Shown one piece after another: positions 11,746 to 26,000 of a stretch of DNA of 64,000 bases. Source of the DNA: Eledone cirrhosa (Eukaryota); contig OZ024742.1 of assembly GCA_964016885.1 (NCBI GenBank), forward strand, positions 327,360,001 to 327,424,000, read 5' to 3'. Both the position numbers and the translations under genes were made by a program. The notes beneath the pieces were generated by a model, which saw only the letters and a program-made list of their open reading frames with translations, ran no database searches and was not told where the DNA came from. How positions within the stretch are numbered: the first letter of the stretch is position 1; each line of letters opens with the position of its first letter.

Positions 11746-12094
11746 TTAATTCCTTCTCTCCACCTCCTCTGGAATGGTATTTTATTTATATACATCGAAA
11801 AGATGAAAGAAAAAGTTGATCTCAGCAAGATTTGAACTCAGAGTGCAAAGTACTGAAATACCAAGGTTTTAACGGTTCTACTAATTTGCCACCATCCATA
11901 ACAAATATATCCATATATGGACATATGTCATATATATGTAAAAATCAGAGCAATGTCTTTACTTACTTCCGTTTAACTCAATAGAAAGAGCAGAATAGTT
12001 TATCTCAAAATCTCCACTTTAATGTTGGTTTAGGATAGAAATAGTTGAGAAGACTAATTATAGTAGCTCTAGTGGAGTTATTTTTAACAGTTGA

Positions 12095-12870
12095 ATGGAT
12101 GTGGTTGTTGTTTGTGTTGTTGTGTTGATAGATGCTGTTGTTGGTGTTGTTGGTGGAGTTGGTGGTGGTGTTGATGGTGGGTGTTGTTGGTGGTGTTTGT
12201 GTTGTTGGTGGAGTTGGTGGTGGTGTTGATGGTGGGTGTTGTTGGTGGTGTTGGTGTTGTTGGTGGAGTTGGTGGTGGTGTTGATGGTGGGTGTTGTTGG
12301 TGGTGTTGGTGGTGTTGTTGGTGGTGGGTGTTGTTGGTGGTGGTGTTGGTGTTGTTGGTGGAGTTGGTGGTGTTGGTGTTGTTGGTGGTGTTGTTGGTGG
12401 TGTTGGTGGTGGTGTTGTTGGTGGTGTTGGGTGTTGATGTTGTTGATGGTGGTGTTAGTGGTGTTGGGTGTTGGTGGTGTTGATGGTGGTGGTGTTGGTG
12501 GTGGTGATGATAGATGGTGTTGTTGGTAGTGTTTGTGGAGTTTATGGTGGTGGTGATGGTGGAGTTGATGATGAATGTTGGGGGTGTTGATGGTGGTGTT
12601 GGTGGTGGTGTTGTTGGTGGTGTTGGTGTTGGTGCTGGTGTTTTGGTGAGTGTTGGTGTTGTTGGTGTTGATGGTGGGTGTTGGTGTTTTGGTGTTGTTG
12701 TTTGTGTTGATGATAGATGATATTTTTGGTGCTGTTGTTGTTGTTTGTGGTGATGGTGTTGTTGTTGGTGTTGTTGATGGTGTGAGTTGTTGGTGTGGGA
12801 TGTTGTTGGTGGTGTTGTTGGTGTTGTTTTTGTTGTTGCTGGTGTTGGTGTTGTTGTTGGTGGTGTTGGT
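12095..12870. repeat. Compound (GGT/GTT/GAT)n low-complexity tract
   Basis: Almost only G/T triplet repeats; source of the Val/Gly/Thr/His-rich spurious ORFs. Confidence 0.95.
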
Positions 12871-13860
12871 ATAATAATAATAATAATGAAATTATTGTGT
12901 ACAGTGCTCAGGTGCACTACAGCTCATCAAAGGTGCATGTATAGTACATAGAATAATATACAAATGTCAGGGAAGTGAATAGTATATGAGTCATGATATA
13001 CATATTTGTGTGTGTATGGAGGGGGAATATTAGGTGTAGTGTTGGCGAATCTCAGGAAGTATGGAGGTTTTAAAGGATGCAGTGTCTCGTCAGTTAATAA
13101 CTGATGCAGGTAGTTTGTTCCATGCTTCAGCAACCCTGAGCGTGAAAAAATATTTCCGAAAGTCATGGGAGCTGTGCTGTTTTCTGACTTTGCTAACATG
13201 CCCACATGTGTTAGACACATGGAAATCAAAAAGGTACTCAGGGTTGTTGTTGGCAAGATGGTTAATAATTTTGTGGGTGTTTACCAAGACAGTTGCCAGA
13301 CGTCGGAACTTCAATGTATCCATGCCCAGGGAAGCAAGGCGTTCAGAATATGGTAGATGCGTGATGGAGGGTATTCGCTTTATTTGCACGTCTCTGAACA
13401 GTTTCCAGACGGTCAATGTTCTGAGCAAGATAGGGGTTCCAGACTGGTGATGCAAATTCTAAGTGTGGCCGCACCATAGCTATATACAGCTTTAAATAGA
13501 TAGCTCGAGAGCAGTTGACAAAGGTCTTGCTGACTGATGCTAAGACACCCTCGGCCTTCTTGACCATTTTAGAGACGTGCTTCGTCCAACGCAAATTGCT
13601 GCTGACAGTAATGCCCAGGTCACGTTCACAAGAAGAATTCTTGATATTAGTGTTGTTGAGGGAGTATGTGGACTCTGGGTTTTTACTCCCAAAATGCATG
13701 ATGGTACACTTGTCCACAGTCACCTTGAGTTGCCAGTCTGTGATCCATTGTTGCATTTTGTCCAGATCAGATTGCAGGCAAGATCTATAGTGTTCAGGAT
13801 CTGTCCTTTTCATCTCAAGGTATAGCTTGATGTCATCTGCGTAATTTAGTACCGTGGCAT
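12871..13860 (-). pseudogene. 5'-truncated CR1-clade LINE: RT C-terminal half (YADD) through 3' UTR and (ATT)n tail, frameshifted
   Basis: VLNYADDIKLY...LQSDLDKMQQWITDWQL...KC...ERDLGI...LYIAMVRPHLEFASPVWNPY...LETVQRRA, frameshift, then LPYSERL...FFTLRVAEAWNKLP. Confidence 0.92.
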
Positions 13861-14050
13861 TTTTTGTTATTGTTGGTGGTGTTGGAGTTTGTGTTGTTGT
13901 TGGTAATGGTATTGTTGTTAGTAGTGTTAGTGAGAGTTTTATTAATGTTATTGATATTGGTGATGATGTAGCTGTTGCTGTTGTTGTTTGTGATGGTGGT
14001 GGCGGCTGTTGTTGTAGCTCGTCTTTGTGACAGTGACATATGTTGTTGTC
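13861..14050. repeat. (GTT/GGT)-rich low-complexity tract
   Basis: Same tract type as 12095-12870, on the other side of the CR1 fragment. Confidence 0.8.
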
Positions 14051-14069
14051 ATTGGTCATATTCTCTGAT

Positions 14070-17000
14070 AGAGAGTAGATCTCTTACCAAAGGTGTCCCA
14101 GCCATCATTCATTATTGAGAGTAGATGTCTTACCAAAGGTGTCCCAGCCATCATTCTTTATTGAGAGTAGATCTCTTACCAAAGGTGTCCCAGCCATCAT
14201 TCTTTATTGAGAGTAGATCTCTTACCAAAGGTGTTCCAGCCATCATTCTTTATTGAGAGTAGATGTCTTACAAAGGTGTTCCAGCCATCATTCTTTATTG
14301 AGAGTAGATTTCTTACCAAAGGTGTTCCAGCCATCATTCTTTATTAAGAGTAGATCTCTTACCAAAGGTGTTCCAGCCATCATTCTTTATTGAGAGTAGA
14401 TGTCTTACCAAAGGTGTCCCAGCCATCATTCTTTATTGAGAGTAGATCTCTTACCAAAGGTGTCCCAGCCATCATACTTTATTGAGAGTAGATCTCTAAC
14501 GAAAGGTGTTCCAGCCATCATTCTTTATTGACAGTAGGTGTCTTACCAAAGGTGTTCCAGCCATCAGTCTTTGTTGAGAGTAGATCTCTTACCAAAGCTG
14601 TTCCAGTCATCATTCTTTATTGAGAGTAGATCTCTTACCAAAGGTGTTACAGCCATCATTCTTTATTGAGAGTAGATCTCTTACCAAAAGTGTTCCAGCC
14701 ATCATTCTTTATTGAGAGTAGATGTCTTACCAAAGGTGTTCCAGCCATCATTCTTTATTGAGAGTAGATCACTTACCAAAGGTGTTCCAGCTATCATTCT
14801 TTATTGAGAGTAGATCTCTTACCAAAGGTGTCCCAGGCATCATTCTTTATTCAGAGTAGATCTCTTACCAAAGGTGTCCCAGCCAGCATTCTTTATTCAG
14901 AGTAGATCTCTTACCAAAGGTGTCCCAGCCAACATTCTTTATTGAGAGTAGATCTCTAACCAAAAGTGTTCCAGCCATTATTCTTTATTGGGAGTAGATC
15001 TCTTACCAAAGGTGTTCCAGCCATCATTCTTTATTGCGAATAGATCTCTTACCAAAGGTGTTCCAGCCATCATTCTTTATTGAGAGTAGATCTCTTACCA
15101 AAGGTGTTCAAGCCATCATTCTTTATTGAGAGTAGATCTCTTACCAAAGGTGTCCCAGCCATCATTCTTTACTGGGAATAGATCTTTTACCAAAGGTGTC
15201 CCAGCCATCATTCTTTATTGAGAGTAGATGTCTTCCCAATGGTGTCCCAGCCATCATTCTTTATTGAGAATAGATCTTTTACCAAAGGTGTCCCAGTCAT
15301 CATTCATTATTGAGAGTAGATGTCTTACCAAAGGTGTCCCAGCCATCATTCTTTATTGAGAGTAGATGTCTTACCAAAGGTGTCCCAGCCATCATTCTTT
15401 ATTGAGAGTAGATCTCTTACCAAAGGTGTTGCATCCATCATTCTTTATTGAGAGTAGATCTCTTACCAAAGGTGTTCCAGCCATCATTCTTTATTAAGAG
15501 TAGATGTCTTACCAAAGGTGTCCCAGCCATCATTCATTATTGAGAGTAGATGTCTTACCAAAGCTGTTCCAGCCATCATTCTTTATTAAGAGTAGATGTC
15601 TTACCAAAGGTGTCCCAGCCATCATTCTTTATTGAGAGTAGATGTCTTACCAAAGGTGTCCCAGCCATCATTCTTTATTGAGGGTAGATGTCTTACCAAA
15701 GGTGTTCCAGCCATCATTCTTTATTAAGAGTAGATGTCTTACCAAAGGTGTCCCAGCCATCATTCTTGATTGAGAGTAGATGTCTTACCAAAGGTGTCCC
15801 AGCCATCATTCTTTATTGAGAGTAGATGTCTTACCAAAGGTGTTCCAGCCATCATTCTTTATTGAGAGTAGATCTCTTACCAAAGGTCTCCCAGCCATCA
15901 TTCATTATTGAGAGTAGATGTCTTACCAAAGGTGTTGCATCCATCATTCTTTATTGAGAGTAGATGTCTTACCAAAGGTGTTGCATCCATCATTCTTTAT
16001 TGAGAGTAGATCTTTTACCAAAGGTGTCCCAGCCATCATTCTTTATTGAGAGTAGATGTCTTACCAAAAGTGTCCCAGCTATCATTCTTTATTGAGAGTA
16101 GATGTTTTACCAAAAGTGTTCCAGCCATCATTCTTTATTGAGAGTAGATCTCTTACCAAAGGTGTCCCAGCCATCATTCTTTATTGAGAGTAGATCTCTT
16201 AACAAAGGTGTTGCAGCCATAATTCTTTATTGGGAGTAGATCTCTTACCAAAAGTGTTCCAGCCATTATTCTTTATTGGGAGTAGATGTCTTACCAAAGG
16301 TGTCCCAGCCATTATACTTTATTGAGAGTAGATCTCTTAACAAAGGTGTTGCAGCCATAATTCTTTATTGGGAGTAGATCTCTTACCAAAAGTGTTCCAG
16401 CCATTATTCTTTATTGGGAGTAGATGTCTTACCAAAGGTGTCCCAGCCATTATTCTTTATTGAGAGTAGATCTCTTACCAAAGGTGTTGCAGCCACAATT
16501 CTTTATTGGGAGTAGATCTCTTACTAAAAGTGTTCCAGCCATTACTCTTTATTGGGAGTAGATGTCTTACCAAAGGTGTCCCAGCCATCATTCTTTATTG
16601 AGAGTAGATCTCTTGCCAAAGGTGTCCCAGCCAACATACTTTATTGAGAGTAGATCTCTTACCAAAGGTGTTCCAGCCATCATTCTTTATTGAGAGTAGA
16701 TCTCTTACCAAAGGTGTTCCAGCCATCATTCTTTATTGAGAGTAGATCTCTTACCAAAGGTGTTCCAGCCATCATTCTTTATTGAGAGTAGATCTCTTAC
16801 CAAAGGTGTTCCAGCCATTATTCTTTATTGGGAGTAGATGTCTTACCAAAGGTGTCCCAGCCATTATTCTTTATTGAGAGTAGATCTCTTACCAAAGGTG
16901 TTGCAGCCACAATTCTTTATTGGGAGTAGATCTCTTACTAAAAGTGTTCCAGCCATTACTCTTTATTGGGAGTAGATGTCTTACCAAAGGTGTCCCAGCC

Positions 17001-20000
17001 ATCATTCTTTATTGAGAGTAGATCTCTTGCCAAAGGTGTCCCAGCCAACATACTTTATTGAGAGTAGATCTCTTACCAAAGGTGTTCCAGCCATCATTCT
17101 TTATTGAGAGTAGATCTCTTACCAAAGGTGTTCCAGCCATCATTCTTTATTGAGAGTAGATCTCTTACCAAAGGTGTTCCAGCCATCATTCTTTATTGAG
17201 AGTAGATCTCTTACCAAAGGTGTTCCAGCCATCATTCTTCATTGAGGGTAGATCTCTTACCAAAGGTGTCCCAGCCATCATTCTTTATTGAGAGTAGATC
17301 TCTTACCAAAGGTGTTCCAGCCATCATTCTTTATTGAGAGTAGATCTCTTACCAAAGGTGTCCCAGCCATCATTCTTTATTGAGGGTAGATGTCTTACCA
17401 AAGGTGTTCCAGCCATCATTCTTTATTGAGAGTAGATCTCTTACCAAAGGTGTCCCAGCCAACATTCTTTATTGAGAGTAGATCTCTTACCAAAGGTGTT
17501 CCAGCCATCATTCTTTATTGAGAGTAGATCTCTTACCAAAGGTGTGGCAGCCATCATTCTTTATTGAGAGTAGATCTCTTACCAAAGGTGTCCCAGCCAA
17601 CATTCTTTATTGAGAGTAGATCTCTTACCAAAGGTGTTCCAGCCATCATTCTTTATTGAGAGTAGATCTCTTACCAAAGGTGTTCCAGCCATCATTCTTT
17701 ATTGAGAGTAGGTCTCTTACCAAAGGTGTTCCAGCCATCATTCTTTATTGAGAGTAGATCTCTTACCAAAGGTGTCCCAGCCATCATTCTTTATTGAGAG
17801 TAGATGTCTTACCAAAGGTGTGGCAGCCATCATTCTTTATTGAGAGTAGATCTCTTACCAAAGGTGTTCCAGCCATCATTCTTTATTGAGAGTAGATCTC
17901 TTACCAAAGGTGTTCCAGCCATCATTCTTTATTGAGAGTAGATGTCTTACCAAAGGTGTTCCAGCCATCATTCTTTATTGATAATAGATGTCTTACCAAA
18001 GGTGTTCCAGCCAACATTCTTTATTGAGAGTAGATCTCTTACCAAAGGTGTGGCAGCCATCATTCTTTATTGAGAGTAGATGTCTTACCAAAGGTATCCC
18101 AGCCATCATTCTTTATTGAGAGTAGATGTCTTACCAAAGGGGTTACAGCCATCATTCTTTATTGAGAGTAGATCTCTTACCAAAGGTGTCCCAGCCATCA
18201 TACTTTATTGAGAGTAGATGTCTTACCAAAGCTGTCCCAGCCATCATTCTTTATTGAGAGTAGATGTCTTCCCAATGGTGTCCCAGCCATCATTCTTTAT
18301 TGAGAATAGATCTTTTACCAAAGGTGTCCCAGTCATCATTCATTATTGAGAGTAGATGTCTTACCAAAGGTGTCCCAGCCATCATTCTTTATTGAGAGTA
18401 GATGTCTTACCAAAGGTGTCCCAGCCATCATTCTTTATTGAGAGTAGATCTCTTACCAAAGGTGTTGCATCCATCATTCTTTATTGAGAGTAGATCTCTT
18501 ACCAAAGGTGTTCCAGCCATCATTCTTTATTAAGAGTAGATGTCTTACCAAAGGTGTCCCAGCCATCATTCTTTATTGAGAGTAGATGTCTTACCAAAGC
18601 TGTTCCAGCCATCATTCTTTATTAAGAGTAGATGTCTTACCAAAGGTGTCCCAGCCATCATTCTTTATTGAGAGTAGATGTCTTACCAAAGGTGTCCCAG
18701 CCATCATTCTTTATTGAGGGTAGATGTCTTACCAAAGGTGTTCCAGCCATCATTCTTTATTAAGAGTAGATGTCTTACCAAAGGTGTCCCAGCCATCATT
18801 CTTGATTGAGAGTAGATGTCTTACCAAAGGTGTCCCAGCCATCATTCTTTATTGAGAGTAGATGTCTTACCAAAGGTGTTCCAGCCATCATTCTTTATTG
18901 AGAGTAGATCTCTTACCAAAGGTCTCCCAGCCATCATTCATTATTGAGAGTAGATGTCTTACCAAAGGTGTTGCATCCATCATTCTTTATTGAGAGTAGA
19001 TGTCTTACCAAAGGTGTTGCATCCATCATTCTTTATTGAGAGTAGATCTTTTACCAAAGGTGTCCCAGCCATCATTCTTTATTGAGAGTAGATGTCTTAC
19101 CAAAAGTGTCCCAGCTATCATTCTTTATTGAGAGTAGATGTTTTACCAAAAGTGTTCCAGCCATCATTCTTTATTGAGAGTAGATCTCTTACCAAAGGTG
19201 TCCCAGCCATCATTCTTTATTGAGAGTAGATCTCTTAACAAAGGTGTTGCAGCCATAATACTTTATTGGGAGTAGATCTCTTACCAAAAGTGTTCCAGCC
19301 ATTATTCTTTATTGGGAGTAGATGTCTTACCAAAGGTGTCCCAGCCATTATACTTTATTGAGAGTAGATCTCTTAACAAAGGTGTTGCAGCCATAATTCT
19401 TTATTGGGAGTAGATCTCTTACCAAAAGTGTTCCAGCCATTATTCTTTATTGGGAGTAGATGTCTTACCAAAGGTGTCCCAGCCATTATTCTTTATTGAG
19501 AGTAGATCTCTTACCAAAGGTGTTGCAGCCATAATTCTTTATTGGGAGTAGATCTCTTACTAAAAGTGTTCCAGCCATTACTCTTTATTGGGAGTAGATG
19601 TCTTACCAAAGGTGTCCCAGCCATCATTCTTTATTGAGAGTAGATCTCTTGCCAAAGGTGTCCCAGCCAACATACTTTATTGAGAGTAGATCTCTTACCA
19701 AAGGTGTTCCAGCCATCATTCTTTATTGAGAGTAGATCTCTTACCAAAGGTGTTCCAGCCATCATTCTTTATTGAGAGTAGATCTCTTACCAAAGGTGTT
19801 CCAGCCATCATTCTTTATTGAGAGTAGATCTCTTACCAAAGGTGTTCCAGCCATCATTCTTCATTGAGGGTAGATGTCTTACCAAAGGTGTCCCAGCCAT
19901 TATTCTTTATTGAGAGTAGATCTCTTACCAAAGGTGTTCCAGCCATCATTCTTTATTGAGAGTAGATCTCTTACCAAAGGTGTTCCAGCCATCATTCTTT

Positions 20001-23000
20001 ATTGAGGGTAGATGTCTTACCAAAGGTATTCAAGCCAACATTCTTTATTGAGAGTAGATGTCTTACCAAAGGTGTTCCAGCCATCATTCTTTATTGAGAG
20101 TAGATGTCTTACGAAAGGTGTTCCAGCCATCATTCTTTACTGGGAATAGATCTTTTACCAAAGGTGTCCCAGCCATCATTCTTTATTGAGAGTAGATGTC
20201 TTCCCAATGGTGTCCCAGCCATCATTCTTTATTGAGAATAGATCTTTTACCAAAGGTGTCCCAGTCATCATTCATTATTGAGAGTAGATGTCTTACCAAA
20301 GGTGTCCCAGCCATCATTCTTTATTGAGAGTAGATGTCTTACCAAAGGTGTCCCAGCCATCATTCTTTATTGAGAGTAGATCTCTTACCAAAGGTGTTGC
20401 ATCCATCATTCTTTATTGAGAGTAGATCTCTTACCAAAGGTGTTCCAGCCATCATTCTTTATTAAGAGTAGATGTCTTACCAAAGGTGTCCCAGCCATCA
20501 TTCTTTATTGAGAGTAGATGTCCTACCAAAGGTGTCCCAGCCATCATTCTTTATTGAGAGTAGATGTCTTACCAAAGGTGTTCCAGCCATCATTCTTTAT
20601 TGAGAGTAGATGTCTTACCAAAGCTGTTCCAGCCATCATTCTTTATTAAGAGTAGATGTCTTACCAAAGGTGTCCCAGTCATCATTCTTTATTGAGAGTA
20701 GATGTCTTACCAAAGGTGTCCCAGCCATCATTCTTTATTGAGAGTAGATGTCTTACCAAAGGTGTTCCAGCCATCATTCTTTATTAAGAGTAGATGTCTT
20801 ACCAAAGGTGTCCCAGTCATCATTCTTTATTGAGAGTAGATGTCTTACCAAAGGTGTCCCAGCCATCATTCTTTATTGAGAGTAGATGTCTTACCAAAGG
20901 TGTTCCAGCCATCATTCTTTATTAAGAGTAGATGTCTTACCAAAGGTGTCCCAGCCATCATTCTTTATTGAGAGTAGATGTCTTACCAAAGGTGTCCCAG
21001 CCATCATTCTTTATTGAGAGTAGATGTCTTACCAAAAGTGTCCCAGCTATCATTCTTTATTGAGAGTAGATGTCTTACCAAAAATGTTCCAGCCATCATT
21101 CTTTATTGAGAGTAGATCTCTTACCAAAGGTGTCCCAGCCATCATTCTTTATTGAGAGTAGATCTCTTAACAAAGGTGTTGCAGCCATAATTCTTTATTG
21201 GGAGTAGATCTCTTACCAAAAGTGTTCCAGCCATTATTCTTTATTGGGAGTAGATGTCTTACCAAAGGTGTCCCAGCCATTATACTTTATTGATAGTAGA
21301 TCTCTTAACAAAGGTGTTGCAGCCATAATTCTTTATTGGGAGTAGATCTCTTACCAAAAGTGTTCCAGCCATTACTCTTGATTGGGAGTAGATGTCTTAC
21401 CAAAGGTGTCCCAGCCATCATTCTTTATTGAGAGTAGATCTCTTGCCAAAGGTGTCCCAGCCAACATACTTTATTGAGAGTAGATCTCTTACCAAAGGTG
21501 TTCCAGCCATCATTCTTTATTGAGGGTAGATGTCTTACCAAAGGTGTCCCAGCCATCATTCTTTATTGAGGGTAGATGTCTTACCAAAGGTGTCCCAGCC
21601 ATTATTCTTTATTGAGAGTAGATCTCTTACCAAAGGTGTTCCAGCCATCATTCTTTATTGAGAGTAGATCTCTTACCAAAGGTGTTCCAGCCATCATTCT
21701 TTATTGAGGGTAGATGTCTTACCAAAGGTGTTCAAGCCAACATTCTTTATTGAGAGTAGATCTCTTACCAAAGGTGTTCCAGCCATCATTCTTTATTGAG
21801 GGTAGATGTCTTACCAAAGGTGTCCCAGCCATTATTCTTTATTGAGAGTAGATCTCTTACCAAAGGTGTTCCAGCCATCATTCTTTATTGAGAGTAGATC
21901 TCTTTCCAAAGGTGTTCCAGCCATCATTCTTTATTGAGGGTAGATGTCTTACCAAAGGTGTTCCAGCCATCATTCTTTATTGAGAGTAGATCTCTTACCA
22001 AAGGTGTCCCAGCCATCATTCTTTATTGAGAGTAGATCTCTTACCAAAGGTGTTCCAGCCATCATTCTTTATTGAGAGTAGATCTCTTACCAAAGGTGTC
22101 CCAGCCAACATTCTTTATTGAGAGTAGATCTCTTACCAAAGGTGTTCCAGCCATCATTCTTTATTGAGAGTAGATCTCTTACCAAAGGTGTCCCAGCCAA
22201 CATTCTTTATTGAGAGTAGATCTCTTACCAAAGGTGTTCCAGCCATCATTCTTTATTGAGAGTAGATCTCTTACCAAAGGTGTGGCAGCCATCATTCTTT
22301 ATTGAGAGTAGATCTCTTACCAAAGGTGTCCCAGCCAACATTCTTTATTGAGAGTAGATCTCTTACCAAAGGTGTTCCAGCCATCATTCTTTATTGAGAG
22401 TAGATCTCTTACCAAAGGTGTTCCAGCCATCATTCTTTATTGAGAGTAGATCTCTTACCAAAGGTGTTCCAGCCATCATTCTTTATTGAGAGTAGATCTC
22501 TTACCAAAGGTGTCCCAGCCATCATTCTTTATTGAGAGTAGATGTCTTACCAAAGGTGTGGCAGCCATCATTCTTTATTGAGAGTAGATCTCTTACCAAA
22601 GGTGTTCCAGCCATCATTCTTTATTGAGAGTAGATCTCTTACCAAAGGTGTTCCAGCCATCATTCTTTATTGAGAGTAGATGTCTTACCAAAGGTGTTCC
22701 AGCCATCATTCTTTATTGATAGTAGATGTCTTACCAAAGGTGTTCCAGCCAACATTCTTTATTGAGAGTAGATCTCTTACCAAAGGTGTGGCAGCCATCA
22801 TTCTTTATTGAGAGTAGATGTCTTACCAAAGGTATCCCAGCCATCATTCTTTATTGAGAGTAGATGTCTTACCAAAGGGGTTACAGCCATCATTCTTTAT
22901 TGAGAGTAGATCTCTTACCAAAGGTGTCCCAGCCATCATACTTTATTGAGAGTAGATGTCTTACCAAAGGTGTTCCAGCCATCAGTCTTTGTTGAGAGTA

Positions 23001-26000
23001 GATCTCTTACCAAAGCTGTTCCAGTCATCATTCTTTATTGAGAGTAGATCTCTTACCAAAGGTGTTCCAGCCATCATTCTTTATTGAGAGTAGATCTCTT
23101 ACCAAAAGTGTTACAGCCATCATTCTTTATTGAGAGTAGATCTCTTACCAAAAGTGTTCCAGCCATCATTCTTTATTGAGAGTAGATGTCTTACCAAAGG
23201 TGTTCCAGCCATCATTCTTTATTGAGAGTAGATCACTTACCAAAGGTGTTCCAGCTATCATTCTTTATTGAGAGTAGATCTCTTACCAAAGGTGTCCCAG
23301 GCATCATTCTTTATTCAGAGTAGATCTCTTACCAAAGGAGTCCCAGCCAGCATTCTTTATTCAGAGTAGATCTCTTACCAAAGGTGTCCCAGCCAACATT
23401 CTTTATTGAGAGTAGATCTCTAACCAAAAGTGTTCCAGCCATTATTCTTTATTGGGAGTAGATCTCTTACCAAAGGTGTTCCAGCCATCATTCTTTATTG
23501 CGAATAGATCTCTTACCAAAGGTGTTCCAGCCATCATTCTTTATTGAGAGTAGATCTCTTACCAAAGGTTTTCAAGCCATCATTCTTTATTGAGAGTAGA
23601 TCTCTTACCAAAGGTGTCCCAGCCATCATTCTTTACTGGGAATAGATCTTTTACCAAAGGTGTCCCAGCCATCATTGTTTATTGAGAGTAGATGTCTTCC
23701 CAATGGTGTCCCAGCCATCATTCTTTATTGAGAATAGATCTTTTACCAAAGGTGTCCCAGCCATCATTCATTATTGAGAGTAGATGTCTTACCAAAGGTG
23801 TCCCAGCCATCATTCATTATTGAGAGTAGATGTCTTACCAAAGGTGTCCCAGCCATCATTCTTTATTGAGAGTAGATCTCTTACCAAAGGTGTTGCATCC
23901 ATCATTCTTTATTGAGAGTAGATCTCTTACCAAAGGTGTTCCAGCCATCATTCTTTATTAAGAGTAGATGTCTTACCAAAGGTGTCCCAGCCATCATTCT
24001 TTATTGAGAGTAGATGTCTTACCAAAGGTGTCCCAGCCATCATTCTTTATTGAGAGTAGATGTCTTACCAAAGGTGTTCCAGCCATCATTCTTTATTGAG
24101 AGTAGATGTCTTACCAAAGGTGTTCCAGCCATCATTCTTTATTATTAAGAGTATATGTCTTACCAAAGGTGTCCCAGCCATCATTCTTTATTGAGAGTAG
24201 ATGTCTTACCAAAGGTGTCCCAGCCATCATTCTTTATTGAGAGTAGATCTCTTACCAAAGGTGTTCCAGCCATCATTCTTTATTAAGAGTAGATGTCTTA
24301 CCAAAAGTGTCCCAGCCATCATTCTTGATTAAGAGTAGATGTCTTACCAAAGGTGTCCCAGCCATCATTCTTTATTGGGAGTAGATGTCTTACCAAAGGT
24401 GTCCCAGCCATTATACTTTATTGAGAGTAGATCTCTTAACAAAGGTGTTGCAGCCATAATTATTTATTGGGAGTAGATCTCTTACCAAAAGTGTTCCAGC
24501 CATTATTCTTTATTGGGAGTAGATGTCTTACCAAAGGTGTCCCAGCCATTATTCTTTATTGAGAGTAGATCTCTTACCAAATGTGTTGCAGCCATAATTC
24601 TTTATTGGGTGTAGATCTCTTACCAAAAGTATTCCAGCCATTACTCTTTATTGGGAGTAGATGTCTTACCAAAGGTGTCCCAGCCATCATTCTTTATTGA
24701 GAGTAGATCTCTTGCCAAAGGTGTCCCAGCCAACATTCTTTATTGAGAGTAGATCTCTTACCAAAGGTGTTCCAGCCATCATTCTTTATTGAGAGTAGAT
24801 CTCTTACCAAAGGTGTTCCAGCCATCATTCTTTATTGAGAGTAGATCTCTTACCAAAGGTGTCCCAGCCATTATTCTTTATTGAGAGTAGATCTCTTACC
24901 AAAGGTGTTCCAGCCATCATTCTTTATTGAGAGTAGATCTCTTACCAAATGTGTTCCAGCCATCATTCTTTATTGAGGGTAGATGTCTTACCAAAGGTGT
25001 TCAAGCCAACATTCTTTATTGAGAGTAGATCTCTTACCAAAGGTGTTCCAGCCATCATTCTTTATTGAGGGTAGATGTCTTACCAAAGGTGTCCCAGCCA
25101 ACATTCTTTATTGAGAGTAGATCTCTTACCAAAGGTGTTCCAGCCATCATTCTTTATTGAGAGTAGATCTCTTACCAAAGGTGTTCCAGCCATCATTCTT
25201 TATTGAGGGTAGATGTCTTACCAAAGGTGTTCCAGCCATCATTCTTTATTGAGAGTAGATCTCTTACCAAAGGTGTCCCAGCCATCATTCTTTATTGAGA
25301 GTAGATCTCTTACCAAAGGTGTTCCAGCCATCATTCTTTATTGAGTGTAGATCTCTTACCAAAGGTGTCCCAGCCAACATTCTTTATTGAGAGTAGATCT
25401 CTTACCAAAGGTGTTCCAGCCATCATTCTTTATTGAGAGTAGATCTCTTACCAAAGGTGTTCCAGCCATCATTCTTTATTGAGAGTAGATCTCTTACCAA
25501 AGGTGTCCCAGCCAACATTCTTTATTGAGAGTAGATCTCTTACCAAAGGTGTTCCAGCCATCATTCTTTATTGAGAGTAGATCTCTTACCAAAGGTGTGG
25601 CAGCCATCATTCTTTATTGAGAGTAGATCTCTTACCAAAGGTGTCCCAGCCAACATTCTTTATTGAGAGTAGATCTCTTACCAAAGGTGTTCCAGCCATC
25701 ATTCTTTATTGAGAGTAGATCTCTTACCAAAGGTGTTCCAGCCATCATTCTTTATTGAGAGTAGATCTCTTACCAAAGGTGTTCCAGCCATCATTCTTTA
25801 TTGAGAGTAGATCTCTTACCAAAGGTGTCCCAGCCATCATTCTTTATTGAGAGTAGATGTCTTACCAAAGGTGTGGCAGCCATCATTCTTTATTGAGAGT
25901 AGATCTCTTACCAAAGGTGTTCCAGCCATCATTCTTTATTGAGAGTAGATCTCTTACCAAAGGTGTTCCAGCCATCATTCTTTATTGAGAGTAGATCTCT

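Noticed and set aside
12084-12917. 277-aa Thr/Pro/His-rich mucin-like ORF and overlapping Val/Gly ORFs
   Set aside because: Translation of a GGT/GTT microsatellite; the ORF start lies in the CR1 3' UTR.
13343-14059. 238-aa ORF as an intact gene
   Set aside because: The N-terminus is low-complexity repeat fused by chance to a truncated, frameshifted CR1 RT.
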